From the NCBI GenBank assembly GCA_035542135.1, contig DATKLZ010000092.1, positions 1 to 60,006 of the forward strand: a stretch of DNA of 60,006 nt. The letters run 5' to 3'. This DNA is from Steroidobacteraceae bacterium (GTDB taxonomy: Bacteria > Pseudomonadota > Gammaproteobacteria > Steroidobacterales > Steroidobacteraceae). Below the pieces are notes generated by a model. The model did not search any database. It saw only the letters and a program-made list of their open reading frames with translations, and was not told where the DNA came from. Below are positions 34,806 to 43,520 of this stretch, in pieces. The stretch's first letter is position 1. Each line of letters begins with the position of its first letter. Made by a program: the position numbers and the translations under genes.

Positions 34806-35405
34806 TCAGGCCTCCAGCTGTTCCGCGGTGATGCCGCGGCGCGCGAGTATCGTCGCCAGCGCCGCCCGGGCGCGATGGATGTCGGTCTTGACCTTCGCCA
34901 GCGACACCTTGAGCCGCTGCGCGATGTCTTCATAGGGCATGTCTTCGAAGTGGTACAGCACCAGCGGCAGGCGCTGGTGCTCGGGCAACTCGCGGAGCGC
35001 GGCTTCGACGTATTCGTGGCGCTCGTCTTCGCGCACGTTCTCGACGATCGATTCATCGGCGGCAAAGTCGATCGCCGGTTCGTCGTCGGAATCCTCGGCG
35101 CTGGCCATCTGCGAGAAGAACACCCAGCGCTTGCGGTAGCGCGTCAGGTGCGTGAAGGTCAGGTTGGTGGCCACGGTCTTCAGCCAGCCGGCCGCGCGCG
35201 GGTTGTCGCGCAATTCATCGAAGCGCTTGTGCGCGCGCAGGAAGACCTCCTGCGCGATGTCCTCGGCCTGCGCATCGTTGCCGCTGAGGCGCGCGGCCGT
35301 GGAGAAAACCATGTTCTGGTACGTGCGCATGAATTTCGTGAATTCGGCCTGCCGGACGGCCTCCTGTGTGGGGGTTCGCACTGGGGTGTCATCGCTTGAG
35401 TGCAT
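34806..35405 (-). CDS. ECF-type RNA polymerase sigma factor
   Basis: Region 2 (AEDIAQEVFLRAH...WLKTVATNL) and region 4 (EDIAQRLKVSLAKVKTDIHRAR). Confidence 0.9.
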   Translation of the reverse strand: MHSSDDTPVRTPTQEAVRQAEFTKFMRTYQNMVFSTAARLSGNDAQAEDIAQEVFLRAHKRFDELRDNPRAAGWLKTVATNLTFTHLTRYRKRWVFFSQMASAEDSDDEPAIDFAADESIVENVREDERHEYVEAALRELPEHQRLPLVLYHFEDMPYEDIAQRLKVSLAKVKTDIHRARAALATILARRGITAEQLEA

Positions 35406-35647
35406 AACCCACGCCCGGCCCTAAAGTTTCAGCAAAAAATCTTTATTGTTCAGTATCTTATATGCGCGCTTCGCGGCCGGCGGCCGATTCCGGTGCGTTT
35501 CCCCGACTGCGGGTCGATTATGGACCAGCCCGGCGCAAATCCCGAAATCTCCAGGATCGAGGCCTTTAAGCAATCTTAAGTCTGCATGCGCGCACGCGTG
35601 GCCACAATGCGCCGCCTGTTCACTTCCACCAACCCGAAGGGGGTCTC

Positions 35648-35950
35648 ATGTCCATCCGCAATTTCGTATTCGCGACCGTGTTGCTGGCGACCGCCGTCTC
35701 GGCCAGTGCGCTGACCGCGCAGCAGGGCAAGATGTCGACGTGCAATGCGCAGGCCAAGGAACAGAAGCTCAGCGGCGACGCGCGCAAGGACTTCATGAAG
35801 ACTTGCCTGTCCAACGCGCCGGCCGCACCCGCCGCCAAGGCATTGACGCCGCAGCAGGAGAAGATGAAGAGCTGCAACGCCGAGGCGAAGACCAAGGGCC
35901 TGAAGGGCGCCGATCGCAAGGCCTTCATGAAGACCTGCCTGTCGGGCTGA
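35648..35950 (+). CDS. psiF: PsiF family (phosphate-starvation-inducible-like) secreted protein, two repeats
   Basis: Signal peptide plus two copies of QQ.KM..CNA.AK...L.G..RK.FMKTCLS. Confidence 0.8.
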   Translation: MSIRNFVFATVLLATAVSASALTAQQGKMSTCNAQAKEQKLSGDARKDFMKTCLSNAPAAPAAKALTPQQEKMKSCNAEAKTKGLKGADRKAFMKTCLSG

Positions 35951-35970
35951 CCATCCGCCGGCGATGGCGC

Positions 35971-35999
35971 GGGGACGATGCCGCCACGGCACCGTCCCC
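35971..35999. terminator. Hairpin between convergent psiF and the DUF4097 gene
   Basis: GGGGACGATGCCG-CCA-CGGCACCGTCCCC, a 13-bp stem with one mismatch. Confidence 0.5.
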
Positions 36000-36022
36000 A
36001 CGCCTGGCCGGCCATCCCGGAC

Positions 36023-36949
36023 TTACTTGCCGGCGCAGAGTTCCACGTCGCCGCTCTTCGAGTCGACGTGCACGCGGCCGCCGCCCTTGCCGCTGCGGAA
36101 GTTCAGGCGGCTGCCGGGCCCGTACTTCTCCTCCACCGGCTTGGGCCCGAAGCAGTTGCTGATGTCGCCGCTGAAGCTCTGTACGTCGATGTCGGCGTCG
36201 GGCGGCGTGGCGAAGTGCAGCCGCAGGTCGCCGCTGACCGTCGTGACGTCGACCTGGCCCTGCGCCGCGAGCGCCGCCGCGTCGACTTTGATGTCGCCTG
36301 ACACCGATTCGAGGCTGGCGTGCGCCAGCTCCGTGACGGTCGCGATCAGGTCGCCGCTCACCGTATTGAGCGTCAGGTCGCCGCTCGTGCCGCTCAGGTA
36401 GACGTCCCCGCTGACCGACTTGACCTGCGCGCCGTGGCCGTTGTGCGCCGTCAGGTGCACGTCGCCGCTGACGGTATTCACCTGCAGCCCGCCGCTCCCG
36501 ACCTCGCCCTCGATGTCGCCGCTCACGGTCTGCAGGTGGTGGCTGCCGCCCACGCCGCTGACCTTCAGGTCGGCGCTGACCAGCGATACATCGAGCGAAC
36601 TGTCCTGCGGCACGCGGATCTTCAGTTTCGCCTCGCTGTCACCGTGCCAGCCGCCGCCATCGGGCAGCACGACGCGCACCGTGGTGCGGTTCGCGCTGCG
36701 GGTCACATCGACGCGCTCGACGCGGTCACCGAGCGTGCCGCTGACATCGACGGTGGGCTGGTTCCAGCCCGTGACCTCGATGCTGCCGGCCACGTTGACG
36801 ATCTCCACGGTGCCGGACGGATCGGCCGGTTTCTGCGCGCTGAAGCTGCGCGTCGCGGCCTGTGCCGGCAGCGCCAGCGCGGCCAGTGCGGCGGCGGCGG
36901 CCCAGGCGGCGAGCCGGCTCGCGCCACTACGGTGGTTGCAGGTGCTCAT
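36023..36949 (-). CDS. DUF4097 (putative adhesin, repeated beta-helix) protein
   Basis: ATG at 36949 with AAGGAG RBS. Signal peptide. Many VSGD[IVL] repeats (TVSGDIEGEV, TVSGDVHL, SVSGDVYL, ...). Confidence 0.8.
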   Translation of the reverse strand: MSTCNHRSGASRLAAWAAAAALAALALPAQAATRSFSAQKPADPSGTVEIVNVAGSIEVTGWNQPTVDVSGTLGDRVERVDVTRSANRTTVRVVLPDGGGWHGDSEAKLKIRVPQDSSLDVSLVSADLKVSGVGGSHHLQTVSGDIEGEVGSGGLQVNTVSGDVHLTAHNGHGAQVKSVSGDVYLSGTSGDLTLNTVSGDLIATVTELAHASLESVSGDIKVDAAALAAQGQVDVTTVSGDLRLHFATPPDADIDVQSFSGDISNCFGPKPVEEKYGPGSRLNFRSGKGGGRVHVDSKSGDVELCAGK

Positions 36950-37539
36950 GATCGGGAACTCCTTGTCAGCATGGATTGGGTGGTCTGCGCGACGCTCGTG
37001 TACAGGCTGATTTCCTGCTGCCAGGTGTTGCGCAGCAGTTGCCACAGCAGCGGGCTCGCCGGATCCTGGGCCAGCGCCGCACGGATGTCCGCGTTCGCCT
37101 TGCGAATGGTCTCCAGGTCGGCGCGGACGCGCGCCCGCGTGGCCGGCGCCAGCAGGTCGAGGCGCTCGTTGAAGGTGCGCAGCAGCGCGGCGCGCGCCGC
37201 GACGTAGTCGGCGTCCTGCGGCGGCTGGAAATTCACCGGGATGCCATCCGGCCCCTCGGCGCCCGCACGCTGGGCGAGCGATTCGGCGCCCGCGCGTTCG
37301 CGCGCGACCGACCAGCACAGCGCGCCGGTCAGGCTGGCCAGGAGCACGCTGGCGGCGAGCGCCATCGGCCAGGGCATGCGCCCGGCGCGCGGCCCCGGCG
37401 CGCCGCCCTGCGCGGCGTCGAGTGCGGCGGCACGCGCGATCCCGCGCTCGATGCCGGGCCACAGCTCGCGCGCCGGACGCACTCCACGCGGCAGGCTCGC
37501 CAGCGCAGCGTCCAGGGATTCGAAGCGGGACGGATTCAT
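36946..37539 (-). CDS. Anti-sigma factor (single-TM)
   Basis: ATGA overlaps with both the upstream sigma gene and the downstream DUF4097 gene. One TM span (WPMALAASVLLASLTGALCW). Confidence 0.65.
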   Translation of the reverse strand: MNPSRFESLDAALASLPRGVRPARELWPGIERGIARAAALDAAQGGAPGPRAGRMPWPMALAASVLLASLTGALCWSVARERAGAESLAQRAGAEGPDGIPVNFQPPQDADYVAARAALLRTFNERLDLLAPATRARVRADLETIRKANADIRAALAQDPASPLLWQLLRNTWQQEISLYTSVAQTTQSMLTRSSRS

Positions 37540-38033
37540 GCGGCCTCCATGGCGATGCCCAGTTGCTGCGCCATCAATCGCCGGGCGCGGTGCAGCTGCG
37601 CCTTGCTCGTGCCCGCGGCGATGCCGAGCATGGCCGCGGCTTCCTCGTGGCTGTGGCCGTAGACGCCGACCAGCACCAGCACGTCACGCGCGCCCTGCGG
37701 CAACCGCGACAGCGCGGTCTCGACATCGAGCGTGCCGGTGGCCTCGGCTCCGCCAGGCAGCTGCAATGCGGCCTCGTCGAGTTCACCGGCCTCGCGCAGC
37801 GCGTCGCCCGGCCGGCGGCGGCGCAGCGTCAGCACGGTATTGACCGCGATGCGGTGCAGCCAGGTCGACATGCGGCTGCGGCCTTCGAACGCGGGCAGGG
37901 CACGCCAGGCGGCGATGAAGCATTCCTGCGTGCAGTCCTCGGCGAGCGCGCTCTGGCCGGTCATGCGCAGGCACAGGCCGTAGACCTGGTCCACGTGCGC
38001 GCGATAGATGGCCTCGAATTCCTCGCCCAGCAT
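37536..38033 (-). CDS. ECF-type RNA polymerase sigma factor
   Basis: Internal ATG at 38033 gives a 165-aa protein with region 2 (AEDCTQECFIAAW...WLHRIAVN) and region 4 (HEEAAAMLGIAAGTSKAQLHRAR). The upstream ORF extension is shadow-like. Confidence 0.85.
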   Translation of the reverse strand: MLGEEFEAIYRAHVDQVYGLCLRMTGQSALAEDCTQECFIAAWRALPAFEGRSRMSTWLHRIAVNTVLTLRRRRPGDALREAGELDEAALQLPGGAEATGTLDVETALSRLPQGARDVLVLVGVYGHSHEEAAAMLGIAAGTSKAQLHRARRLMAQQLGIAMEAA

Positions 38034-38059
38034 GCCTGACTTGGAGTGGCCGGAAGCCC

Positions 38060-39088
38060 TCAGGGTTTGAATCGGGCCGCCGTCGCGGCAGACGGCGTCG
38101 CCGGGGCCCGCGCCGGGGTCCCCAGCGCGCACAGCGCCGAGCCGCCGACGACGCCGGCGACGCCGATCAGCGTCAACACGTTGGGAATCTCCGGGACGAC
38201 GTCGGGCAGCAGCCAGCCGGCCGCCAACAGCGTGGCCCCCGAGGTGAACAGCGGCGACACGGCCACCGTCGCGCCGACGCGCGCCACCTGCCACAGGTGC
38301 ATCGCCTCCGCGTAGGCGCCGTAGGCGATGACGGTGTTCAGGCAGCAGAAGGCCAGCGCCCAGCCCTGCGCCGCGCTGAGCAGACGGAGCTTGTGCGGGT
38401 GCGCGAGCGGGGTCAGCAGCAGGGCGCCGCCGAGGAACAGCAGCCACAGCAGCTGCGCCGAGCTCCACTCGCGCAGCAGGCGTTTCTGCGCCAGGCTGTA
38501 GAAAGCCCAGCTGAGCGACCCGGCCAGCAACAGCAGCACCCCGAGTCCCAGCCGCGAACCGCCGATGAACAGCAGCGGCAGGCGGCGGTTGAAGAACAAC
38601 GCGAGCCCCGCCACCAGCAAGGCCGCGCCCAGCCACTGCAGGCGGCTGAAGCGCTCGCGGTACACGACCAGGCCCCCGACCAGCAGGAACAGGCTGGCCG
38701 TCTGGCCGACCACCTGCGAGGTCTCGGGCGAGCTCAGGTGGAGCCCCACCACGAACAGCGTGTAGTTCAGCGTGATGCCGAGCACCGCGACCGGCAGCAA
38801 CGGCCGCAGCGACGGCGCAAGCCGCCACGGCCGCGGCAGGGCATCGCGCCGGGCCAGGAACAGGCCGATCACGAGCGCCGCGAACAGGAAACGGCACCAG
38901 GTGATCGTGCAGGTGTCGAGCACCGGCACGATGATGTGCAACGCGAGCGGCAACAGCCCCCAGCACAGGGCGGCGAGCAGGGCCAGCAGGAAGGCGAGGC
39001 GGCTACGTTGCGGCAGGGCGGCTTCGGATCCGGGCAGGGGGCCAGTCGGGCTGGCGGCCGCGCATTCTGCGCCCGCCGCCGCGGGCAA
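38060..39088 (-). CDS. EamA/DMT family transporter
   Basis: About 10 TM spans and an EamA-like duplicated architecture. The start may be downstream of 39088. Confidence 0.8.
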   Translation of the reverse strand: MPAAAGAECAAASPTGPLPGSEAALPQRSRLAFLLALLAALCWGLLPLALHIIVPVLDTCTITWCRFLFAALVIGLFLARRDALPRPWRLAPSLRPLLPVAVLGITLNYTLFVVGLHLSSPETSQVVGQTASLFLLVGGLVVYRERFSRLQWLGAALLVAGLALFFNRRLPLLFIGGSRLGLGVLLLLAGSLSWAFYSLAQKRLLREWSSAQLLWLLFLGGALLLTPLAHPHKLRLLSAAQGWALAFCCLNTVIAYGAYAEAMHLWQVARVGATVAVSPLFTSGATLLAAGWLLPDVVPEIPNVLTLIGVAGVVGGSALCALGTPARAPATPSAATAARFKP

Positions 39089-39150
39089 GGCAATTGCGGC
39101 TCGTCGTCGTACACTGCCGGCGCGGCAGGAACCGTGCGGAGGCGAAGTCC

Positions 39151-39771
39151 ATGTGGCCTGAAATGCATCATCATCACCTGGGGAGCGACGCGCCCGAGCG
39201 GCTGCGCCCGACGCAGATGTCGGTCGGGCGGGTCGAGGTCGCGCGCAAGCGCCGCGAATGGGCCGCGCTCGGCCGCAAGCAGCGGCGCGAAGCCCTGCAG
39301 CAGCAGGTGTTCCCGGCCGTGCTCGGGCCCGGCCAGCGCTACTACATCATCGATCATCACCACCTGGGCCTGGCGCTGATCGAGGAAAAGGTCGAGCGGG
39401 TGTGGATCGCGCTGCAGGACGACCTGTCCTGGCTGGAACCCGCGGTGTTCTGGCGCACGATGGAATTCCGCTCCTGGGCGCATCCCTTCGATGCCAACGG
39501 CAAGCGCCGCGATTTCCGCGACATGCCACGGCGGCTCACCGACCTCGACGACGATCCGTACCGGAGCCTGGCCGGCGACGTGCACAAGGCCGGCGGTTAC
39601 GCGAAGTCGAACGCGCCGTTCGCGGAATTCCTGTGGGCCGACTTCCTGCGCGAGCGCATCGGCGCGCGCGTGCTGCGCCGCCAGCCGCACCGCGCCGTGC
39701 GCACGGGCGTGAAGCTGGCGCGATCGGCCGACGCGCGTTACCTGCCGGGATGGTCGGGCGCCGCCACGTGA
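39151..39771 (+). CDS. ParB-like nuclease domain protein (ParBc_2-like)
   Basis: ATG at 39151 with GGAGG RBS. ERLRPTQMSVG and YYIIDHHHL segments recall the ParB/Srx fold. Family call is from memory. Confidence 0.6.
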   Translation: MWPEMHHHHLGSDAPERLRPTQMSVGRVEVARKRREWAALGRKQRREALQQQVFPAVLGPGQRYYIIDHHHLGLALIEEKVERVWIALQDDLSWLEPAVFWRTMEFRSWAHPFDANGKRRDFRDMPRRLTDLDDDPYRSLAGDVHKAGGYAKSNAPFAEFLWADFLRERIGARVLRRQPHRAVRTGVKLARSADARYLPGWSGAAT

Positions 39772-41369
39772 AACGCCTCGGCCCCGACCTCATCGCCGGC
39801 CTGTCGGTCGCGGGGCTCGCGCTCCCCGAGGCGCTCGCCTATGCGGGCATCGCCGGCGTGCCGCCGCTGGCCGGGCTCGTGGCGGCGATCGCAGGGATGG
39901 TGTGCTACGCGCTGCTCGGCACGAGCCGCTATGCGATCGTCACCGCAACCTCGTCATCGGCCGCGGTGCTGGCTTCCGCGCTCCGATCGCTCCCGGGCGT
40001 CGGCACCGCGCAGGCGCTGACGCTGGCCGCGGCACTGGTGATGCTGGCCGGAGCGCTGTTCCTGCTGTGCAGCGCGCTGCGCCTCGGGCGCATGGCGCAG
40101 TTCATCGCGCGTCCGGTGGTGCGCGGCTTCACGCTCGGCCTCGCGGTCATCATCACGGTGCGCCAGCTCGCCAAGCTGTGCGGGTTCCACGCCACCCAGA
40201 CCGCGCTGGCGCCGATGATCGCCGAGCTGTACACGCGACGCGCGGAGTGGCAGCCCGACAGCCTGATCGTCGGCATCGGGGCGCTGGCGCTGCTGGTGCT
40301 GCTGCGGCGCTGGCCGCGGCTGCCGGGCACGCTGGTCGTGCTGGTGCTCGGTGTCCTGGCCGCGCCGCTGTTCGGCGCCGACGGCGGCATCGCGCTGGTG
40401 GGCAGGATCGACCTCGGCACGGTCGAGGCGCGCCTGCCGATGCTGGACCTGGAGACCGGGTTCCGCGCCGCCGAGCTCGCGCTCGCCCTGATGCTGATCC
40501 TGTTCGCCGAGAGCTACAGTTCGGTGCGCGGCTGCGCGCTGCGGCACGGCGAGCGCATCGACGTGAACCGGGACCTGCTCGCGCTCGGCGTCGCGAACCT
40601 CGCTTCGGGACTGTTCCAGGGCGTGCCGGTCGGCGCCGGCTACTCGGCCACCGCGGCGAATGAATCCTTCGGCGCGCGCTCGCGCCTCGCCGGCGCGGCC
40701 GCCGCGTTGTTCGTGGCATTGTCGCTGCTGTTGCTGCGCGGCTGGGTTGCGCGCATTCCCGAGCCGGTGCTGGCCGCGATCGTGATCTTCGCGATGCGCC
40801 ATGCCGTCAGCCTCGAGCCGCTGCGGCCGTACCTGCGGTGGAACCGCGACCGCCCGGTCGTCATCACGGCCGTCGCCGCGGTGCTGCTGCTCGGCATCCT
40901 CGATGGCCTGCTGGTCGGCATCGCCGTCAGCCTCGCGCTGCTGATCCGCGAACTGACGCAGCCGCGGCTCACCGAGCTCGGGCGGCTCGGTAGCAGCCAC
41001 GATTTCGTGCGCATCGGCGCGCATGAGGAGGTGCGGGCGGTGCCCGGGGCGCTGATCCTGCGGCCCGAAGAGCCGCTGTTCTTCGCCAATGTCGAGGCGG
41101 TGCTCGACAACGCCGCCGCGCGGCTGGCGGCGGCGCCGGCGGCGCGCACGCTGGTGCTGAGCCTGGAGGAATCGCCGAACCTCGATGGCACCTGCATCGA
41201 AGTGCTCGGCCAGTTCGCCGCGCAGGTGCTGCGCGATGGCCGCGAGCTGCGCCTGGCGCGCCTCAAGGATCCGGTGCTCGAGGTGCTGACCACCGCGGCG
41301 CTGCCGGGCCTGACCGGGCCGGCGCTCAGCGGCGGCAGCGTGGATGCGGTCGTCGGTGCGTTGCGGTAG
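39750..41369 (+). CDS. SulP family anion transporter with C-terminal STAS domain
   Basis: DLIAGLSVAGLALPEALAYAGIAG N-terminus, polytopic core, STAS-like tail (LILRPEEPLFFANVE). The start is ATG 39750 or GTG 39768 (GTGA overlap with the upstream stop). Confidence 0.85.
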   Translation: MVGRRHVKRLGPDLIAGLSVAGLALPEALAYAGIAGVPPLAGLVAAIAGMVCYALLGTSRYAIVTATSSSAAVLASALRSLPGVGTAQALTLAAALVMLAGALFLLCSALRLGRMAQFIARPVVRGFTLGLAVIITVRQLAKLCGFHATQTALAPMIAELYTRRAEWQPDSLIVGIGALALLVLLRRWPRLPGTLVVLVLGVLAAPLFGADGGIALVGRIDLGTVEARLPMLDLETGFRAAELALALMLILFAESYSSVRGCALRHGERIDVNRDLLALGVANLASGLFQGVPVGAGYSATAANESFGARSRLAGAAAALFVALSLLLLRGWVARIPEPVLAAIVIFAMRHAVSLEPLRPYLRWNRDRPVVITAVAAVLLLGILDGLLVGIAVSLALLIRELTQPRLTELGRLGSSHDFVRIGAHEEVRAVPGALILRPEEPLFFANVEAVLDNAAARLAAAPAARTLVLSLEESPNLDGTCIEVLGQFAAQVLRDGRELRLARLKDPVLEVLTTAALPGLTGPALSGGSVDAVVGALR

Positions 41370-41382
41370 CGGAATGGGATAA

Positions 41383-41769
<387 letters not shown>

Positions 41770-41778
41770 TCCCCCGTC

Positions 41779-42819
41779 TTACCGGGGTTCGCGCAGCCGC
41801 AACTCGCCGTCGACGACGTCGTATTCGCGTTCGAACGCCGGCGCCTGCACTTCCATGCTGTGCACGTTGAACGTGGTGGCCGGGCCGATGGCGGTGACGC
41901 GTACCGCCTCGAGGTTCAGGGGCCTGCCCGGCTGCAACGCTCCGTAGTCGCGCGGCTGCACCAGCCAGGCGTACTTGCCGCCGCTGCGCGCGTGGAAGCT
42001 CGCCGTGCCGTCGGCTTCGACGGTCAGCGCGGCCGCTTCGTCGATGCCGAGTCCGGCCAGCGTGCGTTCGGGGTCGAGCGAGTGCGCCCGCGCCACGAAC
42101 GTGACCAGCCGCCCGAGGCGCGCGCGGGCGTCGAAATGACTGTCCGTGAGGATGTGTTCGAGCAGCGCGGAATGCAGGAAATCGCCTTCGATCGTGACGG
42201 ACCTGCCGAGCGGATCGGCCAGCGCATGGTTCGAGGTGAGGCTGACGCTGTCCATGCAGCCGTACAGCCACGAGCCCTGGATCGCGAGCCCGGCGCTCGT
42301 TCCACCGAAGGGCTTGCCGGCGGCGATGTGCGCGTCGATCGCTTCGTTCAGCGGCGTGCCGCGCCACATGCGCACGTAGTTCGACTGGTCGCCGCCGCCG
42401 ACGAAGATCGCGTCGGCGGCCCGCACCGCCGCCAGCAGGCGCGGGTCGGAGGCGCCGCGGCGATCGCTGAACACGAACGTGCGCACCGACTTGAGGCCCT
42501 TGATGTCGTTGTAGAAGCGGTCCTGGATGTCCGTGTTCCCCGAGGCGCGCAGCACGACCAGGTGGCCGTGCCCGGCGTGTTCGGTGAACCAGCGGAAGGC
42601 GTCGTAGGGCCAGCCGCCGCCGCCGTTGAGCAGCAGCCCGCCGACCACCGGATCGGGCGTGGGCGCTGATTCATCGCCGATGACATAGGTGCGGTAGCCG
42701 GGGCCGTCGCGCCATTCGTCCGTGCCCACCGATCCGGCGCGCGCCGCCATCGCCATGAACGCCATGCCGGCGAACAGCCATGCGGCGATCGCGGTGCGTG
42801 GCGCGCGCAGCCGGCTCAC
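41779..42819 (-). CDS. Cyanophycinase-like peptidase S51 family protein, secreted
   Basis: Signal peptide. GGGDQ and catalytic-serine context FGGTSAG, typical of S51/cyanophycinase-like enzymes. Confidence 0.75.
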   Translation of the reverse strand: MSRLRAPRTAIAAWLFAGMAFMAMAARAGSVGTDEWRDGPGYRTYVIGDESAPTPDPVVGGLLLNGGGGWPYDAFRWFTEHAGHGHLVVLRASGNTDIQDRFYNDIKGLKSVRTFVFSDRRGASDPRLLAAVRAADAIFVGGGDQSNYVRMWRGTPLNEAIDAHIAAGKPFGGTSAGLAIQGSWLYGCMDSVSLTSNHALADPLGRSVTIEGDFLHSALLEHILTDSHFDARARLGRLVTFVARAHSLDPERTLAGLGIDEAAALTVEADGTASFHARSGGKYAWLVQPRDYGALQPGRPLNLEAVRVTAIGPATTFNVHSMEVQAPAFEREYDVVDGELRLREPR

Positions 42820-43493
42820 GGCGGATTCCCCATGGCGCGCCGATAGCGCGTCACCAGCCTGAAACTGCCGAACTCGGGATCATCGGCCTCGAAGTCGAGG
42901 CGCAGCAGGCCACTGCCGGATTCCTGCCCGTAGCGCCAACTGCGCGAACTGCGATTGGTGTATTTCGCGCGCACGACGAAAGCGTCCTGTTCCCAGCCGC
43001 ACTCGACGCTGGCCGCGCCGCTGGTATCGATGCGCGACACCGGCTGCCCGATCAGGAACACGCGCGGCGGCTCGGCATCGGCGGTCATCTCCACGCCCTC
43101 GGCGCCCAACGCGATATGCAGCCTCGTCGGCGGACGCAAGCCGGCCGACAGGCGCGTGCGCACCTTCTCGGGTTCGTCGGGCGCCTGCATCAGCGGATCG
43201 AATTCGCTCCCCGGGCCCATGCCGCCGCCGCGGCCGCCCGACATGCCGCCGAAACCGTGCCGCGGGTGCATGCGCTCGCGCTGCGCCTTCAGCACCGCCG
43301 CGAATTTCGAGTCGAAATCGTCGCTCGCGGCCGGGTCGAGCTGCCAATCGCCGGCCAGCGCCGGCGTCGCGCTCGCCGGGGTCGTGGCCAGCGTGCTGCA
43401 GCCGCCGGCAAACAGCGAGGCCGCCGCGATCGCGAATGCGGCCCCGCGCGTGAAAAGCGTGCAAGGCCGGTGCGGGGAGGGTGCGGATCGCAT
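42816..43493 (-). CDS. Hypothetical lipoprotein
   Basis: Lipobox LFAGGC. 4-bp overlap with the downstream S51 peptidase gene. Gly-rich central segment. Confidence 0.6.
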   Translation of the reverse strand: MRSAPSPHRPCTLFTRGAAFAIAAASLFAGGCSTLATTPASATPALAGDWQLDPAASDDFDSKFAAVLKAQRERMHPRHGFGGMSGGRGGGMGPGSEFDPLMQAPDEPEKVRTRLSAGLRPPTRLHIALGAEGVEMTADAEPPRVFLIGQPVSRIDTSGAASVECGWEQDAFVVRAKYTNRSSRSWRYGQESGSGLLRLDFEADDPEFGSFRLVTRYRRAMGNPP

Positions 43494-43520
43494 GCTACGC
43501 GGTATGGACTGGCATCGCGG

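Noticed and set aside
35406-35647. Pho box upstream of psiF
   Set aside because: There is no pair of CTGTCAT-like 7-mers with 11-bp spacing, only loosely similar AT-rich sequence.
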